64,000 bases of DNA, from positions 19,282,001 through 19,346,000 of the forward strand of contig NC_047022.1 of NCBI RefSeq assembly GCF_902652985.1, written 5' to 3'. Origin of the DNA: Pecten maximus (Eukaryota). Below are positions 25,801 through 38,761 of the stretch, one piece after another. How positions within the stretch are numbered: position 1 is the stretch's first letter; each line of letters begins with the position of its first letter. The position numbers and the translations under genes were made by a program. Below the pieces are notes generated by a model. That model had not been told where the DNA came from, did not search any database, and saw nothing but the letters and a program-made list of their open reading frames with translations.

Positions 25801-28800
25801 AGAAAAGAAATAGTCTTAGGAGTTTCAATATTTATATTATCTTATTGATCAGATATAAAATTTTATCATTCTTAATAAATATAAAACGGTACATACAACC
25901 TATCTGAAATATTTATATAATTAACTCTTATAAAATTATGAATGGGTATACATAATTTAATCTCGCATGATTGTGTAGATATTTGTTTACCAAAGATAAA
26001 CAGTTCATATGATTTCATTGTAAGACCTAAAACAAAATTTCAGAATTTTTTATTTTAAATGCAGAACATTTTTTTTTTGAAAATTTAATTCAGCTCACTG
26101 AATTTTTTCATGACATCTTTACTTCTAAAAATATCTATCTGTACATTTTTTTAATTTAATAAGTGGTTGTACTTGTACCTGCTGACAGGAAAATATGAAA
26201 AATATACAATAATAACATTGTATATACACAGTACAGTGTTTATGAATATTGCTTATTTGTGTCATTCTGGGACTTATCTGCTGTTAAGCTAAAGAGTGAA
26301 ATGGAGGGAATTAACTCTTGCAGATCAGGATGGGAAGTTTAAGAGGTGTGCATTATTTCCTCTCATGAAGTACCAGCCTTTCCCATGTGTCCCATGATAA
26401 ATAAACTTCCGGAATTTTTATTTTAGCTTGAGGCTTTTCTTTCGGTTGTGCAACACGGATATCCCATTTTCGTACTGTAGTTGTTCATGATGCTTGGAGT
26501 TAAAAGATGCTCTTAAACCAATACTGCAGACTTGAATAATTCCTTAACGTTAGATGCATGCACAATACAGTTTGTAAAGAAATCATGAAATGGTCAGAGG
26601 GTGGAGTCGTTTGGCTTTCCAATGTCCTAATTTGTAGTCTTTGGATATATTTTTCTGGGTTGGAAAAAACAGAAATTTTTGTCGGACATCTTGCCCTATT
26701 TTTTCTATCATTGTAACAGCCATAAGTAATCAATCACACATAATTATTGGAAACTTTAAAAATATCTTACTTATCACTATGGCATAAACACAGGGACTTG
26801 GCTCAACTTCTCAATCCATGGCTCAACAGTCAAGATATGTATATGTATACAAATCATATTATTTTATATGGGTGGTGGGTTTGGCATAATTGCCAAGTCC
26901 CTGGGGGCATACATGAAAACCAGAAAGGCATGAGTGAAATAGGAGAAACTTTCAGTTTTGGCACTATACATTTCATGTAGATTGGATAAGAGCTTTTAAG
27001 TCTAGTTGTACTACATGTATATACTGTAAAATCAGGTATCTAAACACGAGAAAAATTTTGTGGTTTTCACCAAAAATACTTTTTTGGTAGGGACAGGAAT
27101 TCATGGATAACAGATATCCTCACTTATGAACTTATAAATTTTGAAGTATGTTGTGGATATTTGAACGTCAACTCTTGCATCAAGTGCATCCACGATGAAT
27201 GAAAATTGTACCCCACAAAAATTAATGATTTTATACAGCTATACTAACCCAAAGTGCCCTTGCAGCATCAAGAAGAGACTGGCCAAATGCAATGAGGCCC
27301 CTGTTAAAAAATTAAATTAAATTGATAGTGCTATTAATATTAAAAAAATAAATCAAATTGATAGTGCTATTAATATTACAGTAAGTTATAAATATCAACC
27401 CCTTCAAAAATCAAAATTTCATCTCTTGGATTACTTTGGTATATAAAATATAAAATAATATTGATAATACACTGTACTGCAAAAATGAAAGGGGCTAATT
27501 AATTTAAAGATAAATACGGTACATGTACAGGTAAATAATTATAAGTCTTCATTGAAGAAATACATACTTTGCATGAAACACAACCTCAGTCATGACTTTC
27601 AGTTTTTCAGGCTCTCTAGCATATATATTGATGTCTGTTCCTCCAAATATCAGGATGAATGGTAGGCTGGTACCTAAAATGAGTACATATAAATAGTATT
27701 TTATATCACAACATTCCAATTGAATTCCATCACCTATTCCTATAACAATGTACAATTTTTACTTTTTTTTTGGTTCGGATGTCATTGGTTTTTTCAAAAT
27801 GTGAATTTTCTGATGGCTTTTTACTTTCAAACCTGATAAGCGCAATATATATCACCATGGTGAACAATGTGGCAATAGTGGATTTTCTAGTCTGGCACTT
27901 TCTACTGTCAAAATTATCAGAAGAATGTTGCTGTGATGAACCAAGACAGTCAGGTCCTAATTCTACCAACCAAGTGTCATAATGAGGATGGGTGTCGAGG
28001 AGACATGATCTGATACTAGCCAGGGTCATAATGAGGATGGGTGTCCAGGAGACATGTTCTGATACTAGCCAGGGTCATAATGAGGATGGGTGTCCAGGAG
28101 ACATGTTCTGATACTAGCCAGGGTCATAATGAGGATGGGTGTCCAGGAGACATGTTCTGATACTAGCCAGGGTCACTATGAGGATGGGTGTCGAGGAGAC
28201 ATGTTCTGATACTAGCCAGGGTCATAATGAGGATGGGTGTCCAGGAGACATGTTCTGATACTAGCCAGGGTCATAATGAGGATGGGTGTCTAGGAGACAT
28301 GTTCTGATACTAGCCAGGGTCATAATGAGGATGGGTGTCTAGGAGACATGATCTGATACTAGCCAGGGTCATAATGAGGATGGGTGTCAAGGAGACATGT
28401 TCTGATACTAGCCAGGGTCATAATGAGGATGGTGTCCAGGAGACATGATCTGATACTAGCCAGGGTAATAATGAGGATGGGTGTCCAGGAGACATGATCT
28501 GATACTAGCCAGGGTCATAATGAGGATGGGTGTCCAGGAGACATGATCTGATACTAGCCAGGGTCATAATGAGGATGGGTGTCCAGGAGACATGTTCTGA
28601 TACTAGCCAGGGTCATAATGAGGATGGGTGTCTAGGAGACATGTTCTGATACTAGCCAGGGTCATAATGAGGATAGGTGTCTAGGAGACATTATCTGATA
28701 CTAGCCAGGGTCATAATGAGGATTGGTGTCTAGGAGACATGTTCTGATACTAGCCAGGGTCATAATGAGGATGGGTGTCTAGGAGACATGTTCTGATACT

Positions 28801-30559
28801 AGCCAGGGTCATAATGAGGATGGGTGTCTAGGAGACATGTTCTGATACTAGCCAGGGTCATAATGAGGATGGGTGTCCAGGAGACATGATCTGATACTAG
28901 CCAGGGTCATAATGAGGATGGGTGGGTGTCTTGGAGACATGTTCTGATACTAGCCAGGGTCATAATGAGGATGGGTGTCTAGGAAACATGTTCTGATACT
29001 AGAGTAGCCAGGGTCATAATGATGACGGGCATTGGAGAGACACATCATTACACTAGTCAAGGTCATTATGTGTATGTCCTCGTTTATCCACAAAATTCAA
29101 ATATTTAGTAAACGACATCAAAATATAACAAGAAAGTGACCAATACCTCGGAGATGACGTCCAGCTTTGTAGGCGTGTAGGGCTAGGACCATCTGGATGT
29201 TTAGTTGGCTGGCTATTTCCTGTATCCTGTTTGAGTCACTGATAGTGTCTGGGTCCCGTAGGATACAGGAGTGACCAGCACTCTCTAGGTGAGAGCTATT
29301 AATATACAAATGTTAAAAATCATATATTATTATAAAATATTAAACTAAATTTTAATTAATAAATCACATTTCTAGGTGAATGATATTAAGAGATTTGTAT
29401 GGCTTTTGAGTAAATCAGGCCTTTATATTTACCTGAAGTATGACAAAATGTCTACAATATGAAGAAGATGTTTACATTATAAAGAATTTTAATATTATGT
29501 TTATTGTTGGAGATTGAAGGAGCTGAGACCCTGAGGAGAGTACAATTCAAGATTATATATCATTGACCAACAAAGAGACAAAAGTCAGGCCTTGTTTCTA
29601 TCAACGTTTAGAAAGAAATGGGTTAATGAAACGTATATTATTACTATCAATATATATACCCCAACTCTTGCTTTAATAAAAATGGGGGCTCTGACCAAAA
29701 ATTAGTCTAGTCAAAAACATGTCCAAATTTGCAAAACAAAATTTTTTTAAATGAAATTAAAAAAAGGACCAAATTTTTTTTTTTTAATAGTAATATATAA
29801 ATTGTTAACATAAATTGTACAGCCATTGTGGAACAAGTTCTATCAACTTATATTAATCCCTCTCATTGGCCCAGATGGAAGAGTGTGAGGGGTCTTACTT
29901 TAGTTTTGGAGGAAACTGAAGTACTCGGGGGAAAACCTACATGGTAAAGCATCTTTTTTACCTTTTCATGTCTGATCAGGGAATTGAACCCTGGCTACCT
30001 AAGTGAAGGGTAAGTTTGTTATCAATGTGCCACCTGACCATCCTTTATAATAGTTATAATGAAATAGTATTCCCATTTGACTGCTGAGTATTGATGTACA
30101 TGTTTTACCCCTCAAGAACTGAAGTTTCTTGTAAAATACTGGCATCCTATCAGCATTAAAGGGTGCAAGACCAACTGGTCAAAACAGTTTGAACATTTAA
30201 GACCCCAAAACTATAATACATGTGATTCAGCTAATATGCCAGAAAAAAACAGGGTTGTTAGGTGGTGATTTTTTTTTTTTTTTTGAAATTTGCCAAAAAA
30301 AACTTAAATAGTAGGACCATGAGCACAAAAATAGAAGGTGGTAGGGTAAGCGGAAACACAGGTTTTTTTTTAAAGGCTTAACGATATTATGAAACTTTCT
30401 GCCTCTGACAAATTTAATTTTGTAAGTGTGAGGGCCTGGGGATAATGATTTGCTCTATGACTACAGCTATATATATTGTGATTACCTTATCCTCTGTATA
30501 GTACTAAGATTCCCACAACCCTTGGTAAGGGGAGATAACAACAAGATTGTTGATCCCAT
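16857..30559 (-). CDS. GLT1D1: Glycosyltransferase 1 domain-containing protein 1 (GT-B fold), 11 coding exons, 352 aa
   Basis: Exons (minus): 30486-30559, 29147-29295, 27568-27673, 27249-27300, 25754-25793, 22662-22817, 20397-20446, 19597-19640, 18365-18485, 17709-17807, 16857-17024. All introns are GT-AG with consistent phases, and the total is 1059 nt. Motifs GN..[78 protein letters not shown] and HNVVDERTRY are collinear with vertebrate GLT1D1 as recalled. Confidence 0.93.
21692..21877. mobile_element. Palindromic MITE with TAYGG...CCRTA termini (IS3EU-like) in a GLT1D1 intron
   Basis: ~42-bp TIRs TATGGCGCGGGAAGGAYGTCATAATTAAATATTTTTGCCTAGGC, internal ~21-bp GCCTAGGCAAAA repeats, and flanks CCTGAA/CCTGAC (6-bp TSD with one mismatch). 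Confidence 0.75.
22333..22577. repeat. Local ~115-bp tandem duplication (intronic)
   Basis: AATGTGAAAATGGCCCCTATATATAAATA... occurs twice, at ~22333 and ~22449, with collinear continuation. Confidence 0.8.
23512..24510. repeat. 30-bp minisatellite (~33 units) in a GLT1D1 intron
   Basis: Unit GGGCTACAATGGTCTACACTGTTACTATAG repeated near-perfectly. Confidence 0.98.
25070..25705. repeat. 17-bp minisatellite in a GLT1D1 intron
   Basis: Unit AGACAGGTGGTWGTTAT, with occasional ACATGT-containing longer variants. Confidence 0.96.
27975..29030. repeat. 49-bp minisatellite (~21 units) in a GLT1D1 intron
   Basis: Unit CAGGGTCATAATGAGGATGGGTGTCYAGGAGACATGWTCTGATACTAGC, period 49 (28021 to 28070). Confidence 0.97.
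29800..30045 (-). mobile_element. Diverged V-domain SINE with tRNA-like head
   Basis: GGAGGAAACTGAAGTACTCGGGGGAAAACCTACATGGT is the decayed reverse complement of window positions 1-36. CAACTTATATTAATC matches its tail, and a B-box-like GGTTCAATTCC is present on the minus strand. Confidence 0.7.
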
Positions 30560-30639
30560 GGTGTTGTCGATCAGCCATATCTCACATCATGCACACAATC
30601 TGGATAGAGAAAGAGAAATATATGGGGCGACAATATATA

Positions 30640-30805
30640 ATAATAATAATAGTTTTAGAGTTTTATATACAGCTAAATCACAGCAAAATAACCGTCACAA
30701 AGCAGTTCTCAAATTATTAGGATAAGAAACACAAAAACCAGACTAGGATTCGAACCTGGGTCCTTTGAACTCTAGACAGATGCTATATTTAACCAATTTA
30801 GCTAC
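30640..30805 (-). mobile_element. tRNA-derived SINE remnant
   Basis: Minus-strand A box TAGCTAAATTGG and B box GGTTCGAATCC, with a tail ending in (TAT)n. No intact cloverleaf. Confidence 0.55.
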
Positions 30806-31684
30806 ATGTACCTGGTCATCAGCTAACAGTTTTCCTTTATGTGCGTAACTCTCACAACAGTAAATTATCAAAGGAATAGACCAATATTTTAAACAGGATG
30901 TCTAACATTGGATCGCCATTCCATCAACTATTGCTTTTTACTGATTTATTTGGAAAAGCGTTGTTTTGAAGGTGTCAATTTCCATATTTCAAAAATTCAA
31001 GTTTGATGATAGACTTGTTCTGATTGCTGTTTTGCAATCAGGGGGTGATACTCTCCAAGAAAATTACTCCAAATTACTTCTGGAATGTATATAAAAAAAA
31101 TGGTTGGGCATTGCTACTATTGGCTTCCAATATTAGATATGCTCTGTTTGTTCTTTTCTTAAGAAAAAACTTATTTCCATCTGACATGTAATTATTGTAA
31201 AAGGCAAAACCAAATTTTTAGCCTCTTGACCCTGTCTGCCGTCATACTGTCCCCTAAATAGCCCGAGCTTCTTCTGGCCCTGACACAATGTCCGATGCAG
31301 ACATGGTGTCTGGGCCAGATGAAATGTAATTTCATACATCATATAATATTTTCGAATTGGAGAAAACAGTCGCTGGGTTTTAATGAAATATTTTGTCCTT
31401 ACCTATATTTGCTTTAACTGGTGCAAACCATTTTCCGATACATCTTGATCTAGGTCAGGTCTTGATAACAACAATGGCATTCGTGTCTCCAGTCAGTATA
31501 GTCACTAGGCCTATCTATCAACATCACTGTATCAGGCCAGATAGGGCAGACTACGATCTACTGACCTATTTCACAAGTTCTCACCGTGACCTACAGTACG
31601 TCCCTGGCATTGTACAGAAGAAACAGCTCGCTCTGAGATGTATACAGCTAACAGAAAGTGATATAAATACATAAAACAACTTAC

Positions 31685-31770
31685 AGTAATTGACATATCG
31701 ACTAATCGATAAGATTCAATCTTCAATCTGGCGCTGACCAAAAATGCCTCCATGTTGCTCTTCGAAGTGC
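31685..31770 (-). other. Candidate non-coding first exon of GLT1D1
   Basis: The ATG-containing exon (30486-30599) begins at a strong acceptor (TTTCTCTTTCTCTATCCAG), which implies an upstream exon. A GTAAGT donor lies at 31679-31684. The upstream boundary is approximate. Confidence 0.35.
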
Positions 31771-33891
31771 AAAGTGAAACTAGAGCAAGGGGGATAACTC
31801 TTCTATAATTATACATAAGCCGTCAAAAATGTTCACATTGTGTAGATTTATGATATATGAACTATAATGTAAGCAGACAAATTTTCTCACGTGTATCAAA
31901 AGACAAATATTTAAGCATTATAACTGCAAACTTTAATGTTTAGGATTTCATTATTTGAAGAATATCACAAATAATGAAATAAGTCAAAATTATGTACGGC
32001 TTTGCACGGTTATTGCCCCTGGTTTTGATACCAATAAAAATACACATAATCATTTTTTATTTTTTAAACAAAAATTGGAATAGATAACTTTATCAAAATA
32101 ATTTAGATATTTTTATTTTATAATAATTTGCAAGGCAAATTTAATATTTTGGTAAAATGAATATAAAAACGCGCTTAAACTAAAAAACAAATATTTAAAA
32201 CTCTGTCCGAAATTATATCTACTTTTGAATAAGTACTGAGAGCAGACTTGAAATGCTACAGACGACGGACGTTGCGCCATGGCTATTCCCATTACGGGCC
32301 TAATCGCTCACCTGGTAATAGTTTATGTTTTAACGTAAATTTTTCCACCTGCATTTGCAGGTAACATAAACAAACATATAAAAGAGAAGCTGATGTTGTT
32401 GAAATGCGTGTGTTCATTCAGTTCATTTCTTCACGTTTAATGAACTCAAATAACACTTTTATCTTGGAACAATTCGGCAATGCTTGAAATGCATAATTTC
32501 AGACTGTCAAGGGCTCGTCTGAACGCTGCATAAATAATTACCTTCATAACAATGGTACAAGGGAAATAACTCCTACTTAACGTAGGATCCTAGTTGTCCT
32601 TTTCGCCCGACTCGCCGATTTTTATATTATTTCGACCTTAAAGGATTTTAGACACAAAAACGTTAAAGTTGTCTATTGGTTGGTTTTCTGAAAAGCCAGT
32701 CAAATTATATACACGCTGAGATACAGGACACAGAATGGGTCCATCTGGACAACTGACCTATATGCAAAATTTCATTCTGATAACGAGGTCGGTCAGCCTC
32801 CTACGTCCCAGGTTCACTGCTGCCTAGACAACAGTAAGCTGATAGTATAACTAACGTTAGAAACATCCAACTGTGTGTCATATTAAATCACTATGTACAC
32901 ACGGTTTTGTAATGTTGGAATACTTTACATTAATATATTGGGTTACAACAGTGAATTGGTTACATGTACTCAAGTGATGATCCCGTTATTCATTAAACAA
33001 CTGTATTCAATTCAACTTTATTCCATAAATTTTACAACTTATTGGATAAAATAGTATATAACATAAATGGACAAAGGCATCCACTCTTACTTGATTTATA
33101 ATTCAATAAGCTAATTTGTCAGATTTGTTACAGGGAAACAGAGAATTAATCATTAAAAATGAATATATTCTACTTTGAGTAACTGAATACGTTTAAACAT
33201 AATAGGGTATTTAAAATGATATGTTTTAATCAAATCAATATGAATGTCTGCGTAACATTTTTACCACATCAAATACATTTCCTTCATAACCTTCATAAAA
33301 CATTCTTTAAGGAAATTGTCAAAAAAAGGACGTTGTTTGAATACATTAATGTAAAATTGATCTGAACTGTAACTGATTTCTTCAAACGTATACCCAAGAC
33401 TGACAGTTCAAAGTTCCTGATTTAAATAAAGAATCCAATGATCTTTAGTTTCCAACATGTCGTCATAACATGCTCTGAGTAAAAAAAATAATAATAATTT
33501 GGACGCTTTAATTTCAACCAATATTTAAAAATTCTTGATTTAATATGTAAAAAGTAAATCCTCAAAGTTCGATGTACAAAAAACCCATGTATCGTCTTAG
33601 ATAAAAAAAAAATCAGTTCTGTGATAACATACTATCTAATCAAATTACATCAGGATGAGACAACAGTATATCAAACTACTGCATTTTTATCAAATCTTTA
33701 TCTTGCAAAATTAAGAAATTGATACTTTTATGTTAATATTACGCCAGGAAAGCGTAAAACATGTTCTTAAAAGTGTATAAAATCTTACCAAATTATGCCA
33801 AAAATAAAATGGTTAACAAGGCTAGGAAAATCAATCACCGTAAAAAGACTGCACAAGTGAGATCATTTTGTCGCCTCACTGTATAGTAGAC

Positions 33892-33931
33892 CAGAGATGT
33901 ATATATCACATATGTGATATTTACACCTCTG
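33892..33931. mobile_element. 40-bp palindromic micro-insertion with 7-bp TSD (P-element-like termini)
   Basis: CAGAGATGTATATATCACAT|ATGTGATATTTACACCTCTG (2 mismatches) flanked by AGTAGAC at 33885-33891 and 33932-33938. Confidence 0.75.
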
Positions 33932-35789
33932 AGTAGACCTATAGTGTATATGCCATTATTTGAGTTTTTAAAATTAAAAAAAAAGAAGATGACATGTGAT
34001 AATAGTAAATTACCAAGGTTATGATATTGTCCGCTGGTCCACTATTCTGATTATACAATTACAGACATGAGGTGTGGAAAGAAAATCTAAACATGTAAGA
34101 TGATAAAATCAGGACATTCACTGTCATTGCTTTCAATGTTTACAAAATAATATGGGGCTCTTTGAAGTTTCCCTCTATAAATTCATATAACAAGGCAGAT
34201 TCTAGCATAGTGGTATTGGTGAGGTGAACCAGATGACGCGTCGGACCACGTGACCACCTATCTCATTAAAAATTTTCAGCCAGCAGCAATATCCCCCTAC
34301 TGGCCAAAAATAGATAAACAGCTTTGTAAGGCGATCGAGGTGGAAACCTGTGTCAGCCAACATTTATGGGATTGGGCTAACAGAAAATGGAGAAATACCC
34401 GATGTGTCGAAAACTCTTTAACTCTGATTCAATTGTAGCTCTTGTTTTTGGTAACTCTATATTTATCTAATTTTTGTCTGGTTGACCGTTCTATTTAAAC
34501 TAAATCCACAGTACCAAAATAGATCGTCATGTGTAGCCAATCAACACCGTATTAATTAAACTAAAATCGACATATTAAACAGGAATGCTACCCTCTTTCT
34601 TCGACGTGGCAGTTTGTTTACATTTTATTTTTACTTACATAGTAAATGGTTTATTTTACTTATTTTTCTACTAAATTTTCTATTTCAACAAATATATATA
34701 TTTTTACTTGATAATTAACATTATATAAACTTCAAACAGATTACTTGGTCATTAGATTGTCAAAGGAGGAAATATTCATAATAATCCTTAAAACTGACTT
34801 TAATGCATGATTGTCCATATCAATGTTGAACGTACAATGTTAAAGGGTCTAATTCCTAGTTAAATTAATGATGAAATGGTTATAAGAAACATAACAAAAT
34901 ATGAAAAAAGGAACCTGTTGTTGATACAACGAAATATCCATTACAATTAAACACATTTTCGCATATAAGAATATTTATATATTATAGGTTGAATGTTTGT
35001 ATTAAAAAACTCTATTTTTGATTTTTTTTTCTATTTTGAAAACGGTCTCCTTTAGGTCGAAATGCAATATGCGCTATATATATAAATACATCTTTTATAT
35101 TTACAGGACGTGTGTGTATATATATATATATATTTATAAGATAGAGTTTTACCAATGTAAATACAAGATACAAGATGATACAAGAATTTTCATTTAACAA
35201 TACAACTTTAGCTCAATAGGATTATTCTTACGACAATATGTATAACAATCTAAGATTAATAATAACATCACAATAGTACCGTGTACCAAAAATAGCTGAA
35301 ATAGATAGTAAAATAACACGGGGTGATTTCAGATTTCATAAATTTCGTGCAACAGTATAAATCAATATAAAACATGTCACAGTCTAACATTAGCACATGT
35401 ATGTCAATATAGCAAAACTAAAAATGACTAGATACTAATTACAAAATGTATATATATTTATTAAGTATAATCTAAAGTAACAACACAACATTTAAGAAAC
35501 AAAATAGCATTACAAAAGTTATCAACCAACACGAAAGAAAAATAAGAATCATTAAGAAATAAAACTAAACAAGAAATATCTTAAAAAAAATAAACGGCAT
35601 AGTTTTGCTGGTGGTTTTAATGTAAAACTGCAGGTGAAATTAATTAACGAACTAATGCGTTTCAGCACTGGTAACAAAATTATATCAGCTTGAATCATTT
35701 TTGGTGAAAATAAGACTGCATTTGGATCAGGAATATAATTTTATTAATGTGTCATTTAAAAAGATACATCCATTTATTTAGCTTGCATT

Positions 35790-36300
35790 CAATCTTAACC
35801 TTGTTTCGTTTTTAACTGAATATCTGCATTTTGCATTTATCGCTACATTGACCAATCACATACATCATCTTGACCAGTAACGCCACCTGTCGCATCATAT
35901 CCGGGACCAAAAGAATATTATACGGCTATGCCGAAAAATACCTTAGGCTGGCATACCCACAGACAATAAGACTTGTTAGTTACTATATATATTTCAGCTA
36001 CATATCGAGTGGTCCCAGGAGCCTGTCTCTCGAAGACAGGAAAGGATTCAGCCTTTCTAATGCCGTTCGGTATAGACTATTCCACACCAGGACTGTATCG
36101 AAACGAAATAATTTCTTGCCGTGTCTAGTTGTCTTGACCTTCGGAACAGTAGCAGTGAGGTCTTTCCTGAGATTGTAATTTGACATTTCAAAATTCACAA
36201 AATCTGATTTATACTATGGGGTTATAACATTCAAAATCTTTAAAAAAAAAACAAAAAAAAACTTGCATAGCCATGTTTCTTGATCTTCTTATATGAGAAA
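35790..36300 (-). mobile_element. Degraded 3' end of a CR1/L2-group LINE ORF2
   Basis: Minus-strand peptides FKILNVITP and NYNLRKDLTATVPKVKTTRHGKKLFRFDTVLVWNSL fit the ORF2 C-terminal YNLR...G..SF......WN.L pattern. Confidence 0.65.
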
Positions 36301-36439
36301 ATGCAGAGGGCTTGTAAAATGATTCTGATTACTAAGTAAATGTGGCTGTCCCATCCTATACCTTCTCTGTATGAATTCATATACATACATCAAATACAAT
36401 CCAGCAAGCGTTTAATTTTTTCTTCGGTCAAACTTCCCA

Positions 36440-36641
36440 ACATGTCTACCAGGTCAACACGATGATGCTAAGGCTGAGTGTTAGTAATTTCTCCATTTTC
36501 TCAAACCAATCTTCCTATGGCAATGATCACAGTCTAGGAATCTGCTTTGTGGCCCTCCTTTGAATGCATTCTACCATTTCAATGTGTTTCGTTAAATGAT
36601 CCAGACTGGGCTTGCATCTCTTAGTTAGATCTTACCAGAGT
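36440..36641 (-). mobile_element. CR1-like LINE ORF2 fragment
   Basis: The minus strand reads TLVRS..ASPVW..KHIEMVECIQRRATKQIPRL*SLP, matching the CR1 motif LVRPHLEY..W.P...DI..LERVQRRATK.I, with stops and frameshifts. Confidence 0.75.
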
Positions 36642-37497
36642 GAGATCTTACCAGAGTGAGATCTTACCAGAGTGAGATCTTAATAGACTGAGATCTTACC
36701 AGAGTGAGATCTTACCATAGTGAGATCTTAATAGAGGGAGATCTTACCAGAGTTAGATCTTAATAGAGGGAGATCTTACCAGAGTTATATCTTAATAGAG
36801 TGAGATCTTAATAGAGAGACATCTTACCAGAGTGAGATCTTTATAGAGGGAGATCTTACCAGAGTGAGATCTTACCATAGTGAGATCTTAATAGAGTGAG
36901 ATCTTTCCAGAGTGAGATCTTAATAGAGAGAGATCTTACCAGAGTGAGATCTAAATAGAGGGAGATCTTAATAGAGAGAGATCTTACCAGAGTGAAATCT
37001 TAATAGAGGGAGATCTTACCAGAGTGAGATATTTATAGAGGGAGATCTTACCAGAGTGAGATCTTACCACAGTTAGAGCTTACCAGATCGAGATCTTACC
37101 ATAGTGAGATCTTAATAGAGTGAGATCTTACCAGAGTGAGATCTTAATAGTGTGAGATCTTAATAGAATGATATCTTACCAGAGTGAGATCTTAATAGAG
37201 TGAGATCTTAACAAAGAGATCTTACCAGAGTGAGATCTTACCAGAGTGAGATCTTACCAGATCGAGATCTTACCAGAGTGAGATCTACAATAGTGAGATC
37301 TTAATAGAGTGAGATCTTACCAGATTTAAATCTTACCAGAGTGAGATCTTACCAAAATGAGATCTTACCAGAGTGAAATCTTACCAGAGTGAGATCTTAC
37401 CAAAGTGAGATCTTACCAGAGTGAAATCTTACCAGAGTGAGATCTTACCAGAGTGAAATCTTAATAGAGTGAAATCTTACCAGAGTGAGATCTTACC
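36627..37497. repeat. 16-bp minisatellite (~54 units)
   Basis: Unit AGATCTTACCAGAGTG with the variant AGATCTTAATAGAGTG. Confidence 0.97.
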
Positions 37498-38761
37498 TTT
37501 ATGATTTCCCTGGTGATACATCGTGCCATTTAGAGGTAGCCCTGTTTATGAACAACAACATTTTCTATCATAACGTAGATATCGATTTACTTAACGAGTT
37601 CCATTCCTATGATACATGATTATAACTTCTTTAAAAGTCTGTAATGAGGCACATTATCTATACAGTCGACATCATTACTGTCAATCTAACGCCTCCGACC
37701 TGTCGTGGAGAATCTTCCTCCTGTTACTTAGTTACAAACTGTTCGTCCAGTTGTAGAACCGTTGATGCTTTCCATATATAGACAATACCAACTCGTCCAT
37801 TGTTTTCAGCCAACCATTTGTTCCCATTGTTTTATAGATTGTACTTATACGTGTTGTTTTCCATTCATGATGTGTACGTCTCTTATCTAGAAATTAGCCA
37901 TTTACAATTAAAGGGACTAAATGGTTAGATTTCATTAATTGTCTACATGCATTTGATTTCAATAAAGCGTTGTGATCCTTGAAGTTAGACTGTTTTCAAA
38001 ATTCTGTCACTTCTTGTGAAATATTGGCAATGTTGATCAAATTATAGATATCGCTAATTAACACTGGAAGTTCGCTGTTTAAACAATATTTGATGTTTCT
38101 AAAAGTATGTACGCAAGCCAAAGGCAGTCGAACCTATCTACCCTACATCATTACATTTTTCTATTTCAATGCCTTTAAGTGTTTCCTAAGCGAGCGAAAT
38201 GTAACTCCTTTCATAAAGGTCTAACATCGCCCTAATGCTTTGTTTTTTTGTGGTTACAAAACTATTTGGTTTGCGGCCTTGCTCCACTACTTATTTAACT
38301 AAGATATATTCTCAAATCTAAAACGGAACTCCCAAATAACCGAATTTATCTGCTATCACAATATTTTCGCCATTAGAATCGAAACATTTGTTATCCTTAG
38401 TACCACCACCCTTTATGAAGTCTACTTTTTTGGTTTCTGTGTATTCACAATTAATTTCCAATTGTTAAGCTGCTTAAAAAGACTTTATAGACCTTTAATT
38501 AAGTTTTCTAAAGTCGTTGCTGATGGCGCCGTTTTCGATTAAACTGGTTTCAAAATCATTCAGCAAGAACAAGAAATAAATAAGTAAATGAAAAATACAA
38601 ATGAATTAAAAAAAAAAAAAAAAAAGGAGGAGATGGAAGCAAATAAATCATATTTCGCGCGGTTGACTTCAAGGAATTAGCACGGAATATTTGTCTCTAA
38701 TGGCTGGCCAACAGGTGGCACACTGTGTGAGCATGACAGGCACGGTCAGCTGATGAGCTAG

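Noticed and set aside
30745-30805. Possible tRNA gene
   Set aside because: A and B boxes are present, but there is no coherent cloverleaf and a SINE-like tail is adjacent.
32730-34440. Possible plus-strand gene divergent from GLT1D1 (donor-like site ~32834, ORF 34250-34438)
   Set aside because: No recognisable protein and no consistent exon chain could be built.
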